DNA of 64,000 nucleotides, from the NCBI GenBank assembly GCA_047150005.1, contig AP038806.1, positions 1,024,001 to 1,088,000 on the forward strand. The letters are read 5' to 3'. How positions within the stretch are numbered: position 1 is the stretch's first letter; each line of letters begins with the position of its first letter. Origin of the DNA: Nitrospira sp. GTDB lineage: Bacteria; Nitrospirota; Nitrospiria; Nitrospirales; Nitrospiraceae. Shown piece by piece: positions 49,932-58,742 of this stretch. The notes beneath the pieces are model-generated. The model searched no databases. It was not told where the DNA came from and saw nothing but the letters and a program-made list of their open reading frames with translations. A program made the translations under genes and the position numbers.

Positions 49932-50774
49932 ATGAAGAACCCTGTCGCCATCCTGGTGGAATCGAACGGCGGCGTGGCCCGCGTGACGCTGAACCGTCCC
50001 CATAGGCGGAACGCGTTCGATGCCGGTATGGTCGAAGAACTGTGCCAGGCCTTCGCCGAGTTGGGCCGGAGTCCCTTGATCCGAGCGACCGTCTTGACCG
50101 GCAACGGTTCTGCGTTTTGCGCCGGAGCAGATATCGATTGGATGAGATCCGGTGGGACTCTGTCCATGTCGGAGGCGCAGAAAGAGGCTGAGCGGCTGAT
50201 GAAGATGTTCCGTGCCATCGACGAATGTCCCTGCCCTGTCATCGCGCGTATCCAGGGCCCAGCCTTTGGAGGCGGAGTCGGCATGATCGCAGCCTGTGAC
50301 ATCGCCGTGGCGGTCGAGGACGCAACGTTCGCCCTCAGCGAGGTCCGCTTGGGGATGGTGCCGGCGGTGATCGCTCCTTTTCTGCTCCGCAAGACCGGCG
50401 AATCGTTCCTGCGACGATTCTGCCTGACCGGCGAATCATTCTCTGCATCGGCCGCCAAACAAGGCAACCTCGTTCACGATGTCGTCGAAAGGAACCAGCT
50501 CGATTCCCGCGTCGATGAGTTGATTCAGATGGTCCTGGGCGTCGCGCCGCAAGCGGCACGGGACACCAAAGGTCTGTTCCACCGACTGCCCGCCCTGTCC
50601 GACGATGAGCGATGGAGCACCTGTGTCGAATCCAACGTCCGCGCCCGTCTCTCGGCCGAGGCGCAAGAAGGACTCCGGGCTTTTCTTGAACGACGCGCCC
50701 CCGTCTGGACGGCGATGCCGGGGGAGCAAGGAGAAGAAGGGAAGCCGCACGATGTCGCTCGGTGGCGGGCATGA
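49932..50774 (+). CDS. liuC: Methylglutaconyl-CoA hydratase-like crotonase
   Basis: FCAGAD, AFGGGVG, LSEVRLGMVPAVIAP; sits between liuB and the HMG-CoA lyase. Confidence 0.8.
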   Translation: MKNPVAILVESNGGVARVTLNRPHRRNAFDAGMVEELCQAFAELGRSPLIRATVLTGNGSAFCAGADIDWMRSGGTLSMSEAQKEAERLMKMFRAIDECPCPVIARIQGPAFGGGVGMIAACDIAVAVEDATFALSEVRLGMVPAVIAPFLLRKTGESFLRRFCLTGESFSASAAKQGNLVHDVVERNQLDSRVDELIQMVLGVAPQAARDTKGLFHRLPALSDDERWSTCVESNVRARLSAEAQEGLRAFLERRAPVWTAMPGEQGEEGKPHDVARWRA

Positions 50775-51696
50775 CAGGGCTGCAAGACCGATCCGCATTA
50801 TCGAAGTCGGTCCGAGAGATGGACTCCAAAATGAACCGGCTATCGTGTCGACCGGTGACAAGGTGTCGTTTGTGAACGCTCTGTCTCGAACAGGCGTGAC
50901 GGAAATCGAGATCGGGTCATTCGTGTCCCCCCACGCAATCCCGCAGCTGGCCGATACAGACGAGGTGGTTCGCAAGATGGAACGCCGACCCGGTGTCACC
51001 TATTCCGCCTTGGTGCCCAACAAGAAGGGATTGGAACGGGCGAGGGCCGCGGCCATGGAAAAGATCGCGGTCTTCACCGCGGCCTCGGAGACGTTTGCTC
51101 GACGCAACATCAGGTGCGGGGTCCGGGAGTCGATCGACCGGTTCGCACCGGTGGTGGCCGAAGCCAAACGGGACGGCATGACCGTGCGCGGCTACATTTC
51201 CACCGTGACCCACTGTCCCTTTGAAGGGGCCATCGATCCGGGTCGCGTCGTCGAGGTCATACGACGCCTCCTGCAAATCGGGGTCGATGAAATTTCCCTT
51301 GGGGACACTATCGGGAAGGCTGCTCCGAACGATGTGCGAAGGTTGCTGGATGAAACAATGCCGCACATTGAGCGAAGCCGGCTCTCGCTGCACTTCCATG
51401 ACACCTACGGCATGGCCGTGGCCAATGTCCTGGCGGCCTGGATGGAGTATGGCATCGGAGCCTTTGATACGGCCGCCGGCGGGCTGGGCGGCTGCCCCTA
51501 CGCGCCGGGGGCATCGGGCAACGTGGCGACGGAAGACGTGGTCTATGCCCTGAAGGCCTCCGGGGCCTCCCTTGCGGTAGACGAGCAGAGAGTGGTCGCA
51601 GCAGCCGGACAGATCGCCAAGGCGCTGAACCGTCCTCTCGCTTCTCGACTGTCGCGCATCCACACCGACCGAACCTTATACGAGCCTGTGACATGA
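50752..51696 (+). CDS. liuE: Hydroxymethylglutaryl-CoA lyase
   Basis: EVGPRDGLQNE, HFHDTYG, GGLGGCPYAPGASGNVATE. Confidence 0.93.
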   Translation: MSLGGGHDRAARPIRIIEVGPRDGLQNEPAIVSTGDKVSFVNALSRTGVTEIEIGSFVSPHAIPQLADTDEVVRKMERRPGVTYSALVPNKKGLERARAAAMEKIAVFTAASETFARRNIRCGVRESIDRFAPVVAEAKRDGMTVRGYISTVTHCPFEGAIDPGRVVEVIRRLLQIGVDEISLGDTIGKAAPNDVRRLLDETMPHIERSRLSLHFHDTYGMAVANVLAAWMEYGIGAFDTAAGGLGGCPYAPGASGNVATEDVVYALKASGASLAVDEQRVVAAAGQIAKALNRPLASRLSRIHTDRTLYEPVT

Positions 51697-52499
51697 CTGC
51701 CTCAGGCCTGCGCCTGTCCAGACAGGAGATTGCCGACGTCGTGGCCTTGGCTAAGCAGGTCAAAGCCGGAAACGTCCGGTGCGTCGCTCGGCTGATTACA
51801 CTGTTGGAGAGTCGAGACCAAGACGGCGCCGCCGTCCTTCGCCTGCTTGATTCAGGCTCGCACCATGCGAACGTGATCGGCATTACCGGCTATCCGGGAG
51901 CCGGTAAGAGCACTATGATCGCTCAACTGGTGGCAGCCTACAGGCGTTTGGGCAAGAAAGTCGGAGTGCTGGCCGTCGATACCAGCAGCACCGTCACGGG
52001 CGGCGCCTTGCTCGGCGATCGCATCAGGATGGGGGACCATACGCTCGATCGCGAGGTGTACATCAGGAGCATGGCCGCTCGCGGACACCATGGAGGACTC
52101 GCCCCGGCGACCCACGAGGCCGCCCTCGTGTTGGAAGCAGCCGGGTATGAGGTGATTTTGATCGAAACGATCGGGGTGGGTCAGGGCGAAGTGGAGGTCA
52201 TGGAGGTCGCTCAGACCGTGGTCGCGGTCGTGGCGCCCGGACTGGGTGATGAGGTTCAGGCTATGAAAGCCGGACTGTTAGAGATCGCTCCGATCATCGT
52301 GGTCAACAAATGCGATCAGGCCGGCGCAGATTCCACCGTCCGGGACCTACGAGTCTGGTGCCCGCACGTGTTGCGGACGGTGGCCACGACAGGCGACGGG
52401 ATCCCGGACCTTGTCGCTGCGATCGCCGAGCACCAACGGAGCCACGATAAGCATGATGATGGAACGGCTAGCGCCCGGCTCAAGCGAAGCTTGGTATAG
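51693..52499 (+). CDS. meaB: MeaB/ArgK GTPase chaperone for B12 mutase
   Basis: GYPGAGKST, GGALLGDRIRM, ETIGVGQ, VVNK. Confidence 0.9.
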   Translation: MTASGLRLSRQEIADVVALAKQVKAGNVRCVARLITLLESRDQDGAAVLRLLDSGSHHANVIGITGYPGAGKSTMIAQLVAAYRRLGKKVGVLAVDTSSTVTGGALLGDRIRMGDHTLDREVYIRSMAARGHHGGLAPATHEAALVLEAAGYEVILIETIGVGQGEVEVMEVAQTVVAVVAPGLGDEVQAMKAGLLEIAPIIVVNKCDQAGADSTVRDLRVWCPHVLRTVATTGDGIPDLVAAIAEHQRSHDKHDDGTASARLKRSLV

Positions 52500-52523
52500 C
52501 CGGCGGGTCACACGAAGTGTGGG

Positions 52524-53318
52524 ATGGAGGATGTTATGCCGCACCAATTATTATTGACCGTCTCTCATCACGTTGCGCGAGTCACCCTCCATAATCCCCC
52601 GGCGAACGTGCTCAATCTTTCCGTGCTCAAGGAGATGGAGCAGGTTCTCAACGAGGTGGAGGAGGAGGAGTTCATCCGGGTCGTGATCGTGACCGGCACA
52701 GGACGCTTTTTCTGTGCCGGAGCGGATATCAATGAACTGGCTCATCTCAACACCGTGCATGGCGGTGCCGAATTTGCCGTGCGCGGCCAGGCGGTCCTCA
52801 ACCGCATCGAACGATCGGGAAAGCCGGTCCTTGCAGCCATCAACGGCACCTGCGTCGGCGGAGGGTTGGAACTCGCCTTGGCTTGTCATGTTCGGATCGC
52901 CGTCAGCGGAGCCATGATGGGGTTGCCGGAAGTCAAACTGGGCCTCATTCCCGGTTTCGGCGGGACCCAACGACTGCCGAGGGTCATCGGAGCGTCAAGA
53001 GCGGCGGAGATGATCTTGACGGGCGAGAGTATGCCCGCGGAGGAAGCGCAGCGAATCGGCCTTGTCAGCCGAGTCGTGCCGCGGCACGAGTTGATGACTC
53101 AGGCTGAAGCGATTGCGACCCTGATTTCGGTGCGGGGCAAACCCGCGATCGAAGCGGCACTGCACGCGATCAGAGGAGGGCTCGACATCCCCCTGTCCGA
53201 AGGGCTGGCCAGGGAGGCCGAATTGTTCGGCCGGTTGTGCGCCACTGACGACAAGAAAGAAGCCGTGCAGGCGTTTCTCGAAAAGCGGCAATCCAAACTT
53301 GCAGAGACAGGGGCATGA
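52524..53318 (+). CDS. Enoyl-CoA hydratase (crotonase)
   Basis: FCAGADI, GGGLELALAC, PEVKLGLIPGFGGTQRL. Confidence 0.92.
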   Translation: MEDVMPHQLLLTVSHHVARVTLHNPPANVLNLSVLKEMEQVLNEVEEEEFIRVVIVTGTGRFFCAGADINELAHLNTVHGGAEFAVRGQAVLNRIERSGKPVLAAINGTCVGGGLELALACHVRIAVSGAMMGLPEVKLGLIPGFGGTQRLPRVIGASRAAEMILTGESMPAEEAQRIGLVSRVVPRHELMTQAEAIATLISVRGKPAIEAALHAIRGGLDIPLSEGLAREAELFGRLCATDDKKEAVQAFLEKRQSKLAETGA

Positions 53319-54820
53319 TGTCACCAAGGCTCGCCGCGCCGCGCATGCGGAATCAAGAGAGTGGAGGCATCGGGAGGGAGCACCCGATACTCGCGGACCG
53401 TCTCGCCCGATATAGCCGCAATCTCCGATACGAAGACTTGCCTGAGGCCGTCGTGCACGAGGTGAAGCGGCGGATGTTGGACAGCCTCGGCTGCGCGCTG
53501 GGAGCCTGGAATGCGCCGCCCTGCCGGATCGCGCGTCGCATCGCAGAATCCGTCAGAGTCGCCGACGGCGCGACGCTCTGGGGCACGCCTCATAAGACGC
53601 TGCCCGATCTCGCTGCCTTCGCCAACGGCGCGCTGGTCCGGTATCTCGATTTCAACGATACATACCTCGCCAAAGAACCGGCGCACCCCTCGGACAACCT
53701 TGCAGCAATCCTTGCGACCGGCGAGGTTTCCCGTGCGTCGGGGAAGTCCGTGATTCAGGCCATCGCGGTCGCCTATGAAGTGCAATGCCGCTTCTGCGAT
53801 GCCGCGGCGCTGCGACCGCGTGGTTGGGATCACGTCACCTACGGTCCTTTCTCCTCGGCCCTCGGGGCCGCGAAGGTCATGAAACTCTCCGCCGCGCAGG
53901 CTCAGCAGGCCGTCAACCTTGCAGGCGTGGCGAACATCGCGCTCCGGCAAACGCGCGTGGGGGATCTGTCCATGTGGAAGGCCTGCGCCTTTTCCAACGC
54001 GGCACGCAATGGGGTGTTCGCCGCGACGCTCGCGCAGCGGGGCATGACGGGCCCCTCCCCGATCTTCGAAGGAGAGAAGGGCTTCATGAAACTGGTCTCG
54101 GGGCCATTGGATCTCTTCCCATTCGCGGGGGAACGGAGACAGGCACCCGCCATGGCCGGGAGCCAGTCCCCTTCGTTCAAGAGTACGTTCAAAATCTTGG
54201 ACACCTATATCAAACACTATCCGGTGGAATATCACGCGCAGACGGCGGTGGAGGCCGCGCTAGCCATCCGGGAGGATCTGCTCAAAGCAGAAGGCGACGA
54301 AGCGCTGGCTTCCATCACCGACATCGAAATCGCCAGCTATGACGTCGCAATTGAAATCATCGGGCGTGATCCGGAAAAGTGGCGTCCTCGCACGCGAGAA
54401 ACTGCCGATCACAGCTTTCCGTACTGTGTGGCGGCGGCGCTCCTGGACGGCAGGATCACCCTGCGCTCCTTCGAAACCGCGCGCCTTACCGACCCGGCGC
54501 TGCGCGAGTTGATACAAAAGGTGCGCGTCGTTCCGCAACCTGACTTCGTCGGCCGTTACCCGCAGGCCATGCCGACGCGCATCACTGTTCGGACGAAAAC
54601 GGGAACGGTTTATCTCCATGAGGTGGACTACCCCCTCGGCCATCCCAAGAACCCGATGTCCGACCGCCAAGTGGAAGATAAGTTCCGCTTGCTGGCCGGC
54701 GGCAAATTGGATCAGTCGCGCATGAGGAAGGTGATTCGGTCAGTTTGGATGCTGGAGCAGCTCAAAGACATCGGTGTCTTAATGCCCTTGCTACAGACCC
54801 CGAGAGGTGAAGGGCGATGA
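53315..54820 (+). CDS. prpD: 2-methylcitrate dehydratase (MmgE/PrpD)
   Basis: RYLDFNDTYL, HPSDN, GWDHV, SMWK, ETADHS. Confidence 0.9.
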   Translation: MMSPRLAAPRMRNQESGGIGREHPILADRLARYSRNLRYEDLPEAVVHEVKRRMLDSLGCALGAWNAPPCRIARRIAESVRVADGATLWGTPHKTLPDLAAFANGALVRYLDFNDTYLAKEPAHPSDNLAAILATGEVSRASGKSVIQAIAVAYEVQCRFCDAAALRPRGWDHVTYGPFSSALGAAKVMKLSAAQAQQAVNLAGVANIALRQTRVGDLSMWKACAFSNAARNGVFAATLAQRGMTGPSPIFEGEKGFMKLVSGPLDLFPFAGERRQAPAMAGSQSPSFKSTFKILDTYIKHYPVEYHAQTAVEAALAIREDLLKAEGDEALASITDIEIASYDVAIEIIGRDPEKWRPRTRETADHSFPYCVAAALLDGRITLRSFETARLTDPALRELIQKVRVVPQPDFVGRYPQAMPTRITVRTKTGTVYLHEVDYPLGHPKNPMSDRQVEDKFRLLAGGKLDQSRMRKVIRSVWMLEQLKDIGVLMPLLQTPRGEGR

Positions 54821-55731
54821 GCGAGACGCCACGAACCAGAAGACCGCACCGTTTCCGCGAGCTGCTTGACAAGCAGACGCTCGTCCTCCCCGGAGCGTTC
54901 AATGCCTTGACCGGCATGCAGATCGAGCGTGCTGGGTTCCACGCTCTATACGTATCGGGCGCCGGCCTGTCGGCCGCGCGAGGATTACCGGATATCGGCC
55001 TGCTCTCCTTGACGGAAGTGGTTTCTGACGCGGCCACCATTACCAAGGCCGTGGCGATTCCCGCGATCGTGGACGCGGACACCGGCTTCGGTCCTCCCCT
55101 CGCCGTGATGCGGGCCGTGAAGGAATTCGAGGAGGCCGGGTTGGCGGGGATGCAGATCGAAGATCAGGAGCTGCCCAAGAAATGTGGACATCTGCCGGGA
55201 AAGCGGCTGGTCTCGACAAGCGACATGGTGAGCAAGATCTGCGCGGCGAGCGACGCCAGGCAGGATCCGGAGTTTTTCCTCATCGCTCGTACAGATGCGC
55301 GCGCCGTCGAAGGAATGGAAGCGGCCGTGCGACGCGCGCGAGCCTACATCGACGCCGGTGCGGACGCGATCTTCCCCGAAGCCCTCGAGTCGGCGGACGA
55401 GTTCCGCGCCTTTGCCCGACAGTTCGCCAAGGAAGGCGGGAAGGCTCCGCTGGTCGCTAACATGACGGAATTCGGCAAGACTCCCTATTTGAGCGTCGGC
55501 GAATTTGAAGATCTCGGTTATCGTCTGGTCCTGTTCCCCGTCACCGCCTTGCGGATGGCCACAAAGGCCATTGATCAGATGCTGTCGGAACTGAGAACCC
55601 GTGGTTCGCAGCGCGACCTGTTGGAGCGGATGCATACCAGAAAACAGCTCTACGACCTACTACGGTACGCGGAGTACGAGCAACGGGATCGACATTTTCA
55701 TTCGACGGAAGACGACCATGCGAATCGCTGA
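54817..55731 (+). CDS. prpB: 2-methylisocitrate lyase
   Basis: DADTGFG, IEDQ, PKKCGH, ARTDA, NMTEFGKTP. Confidence 0.93.
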   Translation: MSETPRTRRPHRFRELLDKQTLVLPGAFNALTGMQIERAGFHALYVSGAGLSAARGLPDIGLLSLTEVVSDAATITKAVAIPAIVDADTGFGPPLAVMRAVKEFEEAGLAGMQIEDQELPKKCGHLPGKRLVSTSDMVSKICAASDARQDPEFFLIARTDARAVEGMEAAVRRARAYIDAGADAIFPEALESADEFRAFARQFAKEGGKAPLVANMTEFGKTPYLSVGEFEDLGYRLVLFPVTALRMATKAIDQMLSELRTRGSQRDLLERMHTRKQLYDLLRYAEYEQRDRHFHSTEDDHANR

Positions 55732-56875
55732 GACCACCAACACTCCTGGATACAGCCCGGGGCTCGACGGAGTCCTTGCCGGTGAAACGGCCCTTTGTCA
55801 TGTCGATGAAGGTGATGGAGGCCTGAGGTACCGCGGGTATGAGGTCAGCGAGTTGGCGGATAAGGCGACCTTCGAGGAGGTGGCCTATCTGCTGCTGTGC
55901 GGCAAACTGCCGACCAGGAAGGAGTTGAAGGATTTCGAGGAGCGGCTCGCGGCACAGGCCATGCTCCCCGCTCCCGTCGAAGCGTTCCTGAGTACGGTTC
56001 CTCCCTCTGCACACCCCATGGACACTCTGAGGACGAGCGTTTCTTTGCTGGGGATGATCGACGCGGATGCCGAGGATCATTCCCATGAGGCGAATCTCCA
56101 AAGGTCGATCCGTCTGCTGGCGCACATCCCTCTCATCATCTCGACCGCGCATCGGTTCGTGGACGCGCCCCCCCATAGGGAGCCGCGGCCGGATGTGAGC
56201 TTCGCCGGGAATCTGCTCTTCCTCTTGACCGGCCGGAGAGGAGGCGACGAAGGGCGCCTCATGGCACGCGTGCTCGACGTATCCCTCACGCTCTATGCCG
56301 AGCATGAATTCAATGCCTCTACGTTCGCGGCCCGCGTGACCGCATCGACCATGACGGACCTCTACTCGGCCGTCACGTCGGCGATCGGCACGCTCAAGGG
56401 ACCGCTTCACGGAGGGGCGAATGAGGCCGTCGCGGAGATGTTCCTTGAGATTCAGAGCCCCGACAGAGCGGAGCGATGGGTCCGGGAGCGGTTGGCCGGC
56501 AAGCACCGGATCATGGGCTTCGGCCATCGCGTCCTCAAGAAGGGCGATTCGCGCTCGGCGATCATTCAGCGGCACGCCGAGCGGTTGAGCCGGACCTGCG
56601 ACGACCGCCGATGGTATGAAATCGCCACGACCGTCGAGCGCATCATGCAGCAGGAGAAAGGGCTCTATCCGAACCTCGATTTCTATACGGCGGTGGCCTA
56701 CCTCCTGATGGACATTCCTCGCCGGCTCTACACGCCGGTCTTCGTCTGCTCTCGGATCACCGGGTGGTGTGCCCACGTGATCGAACAGCAGGATCATAAC
56801 CGGCTGATCCGTCCGCGGGCCCTCTATACGGGACCGGCGAAAGAGGCCTATGTCGACATCGATCACCGTCGCTGA
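55718..56875 (+). CDS. prpC: 2-methylcitrate synthase / citrate synthase family
   Basis: EHEFNASTF, GPLHGGANE, GFGHRV, PNLDF; clustered with prpB and prpD. Confidence 0.88.
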   Translation: MRIAETTNTPGYSPGLDGVLAGETALCHVDEGDGGLRYRGYEVSELADKATFEEVAYLLLCGKLPTRKELKDFEERLAAQAMLPAPVEAFLSTVPPSAHPMDTLRTSVSLLGMIDADAEDHSHEANLQRSIRLLAHIPLIISTAHRFVDAPPHREPRPDVSFAGNLLFLLTGRRGGDEGRLMARVLDVSLTLYAEHEFNASTFAARVTASTMTDLYSAVTSAIGTLKGPLHGGANEAVAEMFLEIQSPDRAERWVRERLAGKHRIMGFGHRVLKKGDSRSAIIQRHAERLSRTCDDRRWYEIATTVERIMQQEKGLYPNLDFYTAVAYLLMDIPRRLYTPVFVCSRITGWCAHVIEQQDHNRLIRPRALYTGPAKEAYVDIDHRR

Positions 56876-58571
56876 AGAGATTGCCGCGGCGCGGCAGATG
56901 GGTGACGGCTCCCCTCCCCTGCCGTGGAGCTCGTTCGCGGATTTCTTCCGATCGCGGGTCTATGATCGGGATCTGCTCAACCGACCGTTCCTGACCTATT
57001 ACGACGACGACCGGCAGCTCCACTGCACGTACAGCTACGCCGAATTCGGCACCATCGTCCAGCGCGCCGCTTCGTTTCTCCACGACCGGATCGGGCTTCG
57101 GCGCGGGGACCGGTTGGCGACGATCCTCTTCAACCATGACGTCACCGTGGTGCTGTACTTTGCCGCGTGGGCAGCAGGCATCACGGTCGTGCCGATCAAC
57201 GTCGACGAGCCTCCCAATAAGAAGCGGTTCATCCTGGAGCATTCGGAGGCTTCGGCCGTTTGCTGTTGGCACACGCTTGTCACAGAAATACGAGAGCTGC
57301 AGAAAGACCTACGGACCCTGCGGCACGTGATTCCGCTGAACGACGATGGCATTCGAGATGATGCCGGGCGTGGAGCCGGAGGCTTCAAGGACGCGACCCC
57401 GGCTGCCTTTCGCCTCGCGCCTCACTCCTCCAGTTTGAGCGATGAAGCCCTCATCGTCTATACGTCCGGGACCACGGGACCGCCCAAGGGGGTGGTCCTT
57501 ACCGTGCAGAATCTCCTGACCGACGCCGATGCCATCGCCGACTGGCATCGCTTCGACGGGAACGATCGCTTCATGTGCGTGCTCCCCATCCATCATGTGA
57601 ACGGCATGGTCGTCACGCTCCTCACTCCTTTCTACTGCAAAGGAAGCGTCGTCCTGAATCGCAAATTCAAGAGTATGACCTTCTGGCGGAGACTGCATGA
57701 GGACGGGATCACCTGTGTCAGCGTCGTGCCCACCCTCCTCGAGTTTTTGTTGGACGCCAATGAAGACCTGACTCCCTACCGGCTGGAACGGTTTCGCGGC
57801 TTCATCTGCGGCGCCGGACCGTTATTGAAGGATACCGCTGTTCACTTCGAGGAGCGGTTCCGTTTTCCGATCCGCCACGGCTACGGCCTATCGGAAACGA
57901 CCTGTTACTCGTGCTTCCTGCCGAACGATCTGTCGCCCGAAGAACATCGTCACTGGTTGAGCGCCTATGAGTTTCCCTCAATCGGGGTGCCGCTGCGACA
58001 CAACATGATGGCGATTCTCGACGAACAGGGACGGTCTCTGCCGGAGCGGGCGAAAGGAGAAATCTGCATCCGCGGCGGAACCGTCTGCGGCGGCTACTAC
58101 AAACGGGACGATGCCAACGAGGCGGCGTTTCGATGGGGCTGGTTCCGTTCCGGGGACGAGGGCTTCTTTCACCGAGACAAGAAGGGACGACCGTTTTTCT
58201 TCATTTCAGGCCGGCTGAAAGAATTGATCATTCGAGGCGGCATCAACATCTCACCGCTGGAGATCGACGATGTGTTGAAGCGTCATCCGCTTGTCCAGTT
58301 CGCTATGGCCGTTCCGTTCGAACATCGCTACTATGGAGAGGAGATCGCCGCCTACGTGGTCCCGCGAGAAGGGCCCTCTCAGCCTGACGAGAAAGATTTG
58401 CAGGAGCATTGCCGCCGATCGCTTCCGTTTTCCAAATGTCCCAAAGTCTTCATTTTTGGCCGTGACCTTCCCTACACCTCGACCGGGAAACCCAAGCGTC
58501 TGGAGTTGAAAAGCCGCCTCGCGTCCTCATTGGCCGCATACCGAGAGCATCAATTTACGGAGAATGGCTGA
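56850..58571 (+). CDS. AMP-dependent acyl-CoA ligase (ANL superfamily)
   Basis: YTSGTTGPPKG, GYGLSET, FRSGD, GRLKELIIRGG, TSTGK. Confidence 0.92.
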   Translation: MSTSITVAEEIAAARQMGDGSPPLPWSSFADFFRSRVYDRDLLNRPFLTYYDDDRQLHCTYSYAEFGTIVQRAASFLHDRIGLRRGDRLATILFNHDVTVVLYFAAWAAGITVVPINVDEPPNKKRFILEHSEASAVCCWHTLVTEIRELQKDLRTLRHVIPLNDDGIRDDAGRGAGGFKDATPAAFRLAPHSSSLSDEALIVYTSGTTGPPKGVVLTVQNLLTDADAIADWHRFDGNDRFMCVLPIHHVNGMVVTLLTPFYCKGSVVLNRKFKSMTFWRRLHEDGITCVSVVPTLLEFLLDANEDLTPYRLERFRGFICGAGPLLKDTAVHFEERFRFPIRHGYGLSETTCYSCFLPNDLSPEEHRHWLSAYEFPSIGVPLRHNMMAILDEQGRSLPERAKGEICIRGGTVCGGYYKRDDANEAAFRWGWFRSGDEGFFHRDKKGRPFFFISGRLKELIIRGGINISPLEIDDVLKRHPLVQFAMAVPFEHRYYGEEIAAYVVPREGPSQPDEKDLQEHCRRSLPFSKCPKVFIFGRDLPYTSTGKPKRLELKSRLASSLAAYREHQFTENG

Positions 58572-58742
58572 AAAACCCTTTCGCACCTCCAAGAACATGC
58601 TTCAGGGGTAGCCCGAAAGACGCTGTTGGCGTTCTATTCGTCTCCCTCACCCAACCTGGGCGGCACCGTGCAGAAATTCGGCAACCAGGGATTCGGCAAT
58701 TGGAACGATGGCACCCTAATCAGTTTAATCCTATTGACCCAA

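Noticed and set aside
48140..50467. 775-aa minus-strand ORF and similar long antisense ORFs (2465..3694, 17269..18780, 33206..34540, 55541..56866)
   Set aside because: Shadow frames opposite well-supported genes in GC-rich DNA, with no motifs.
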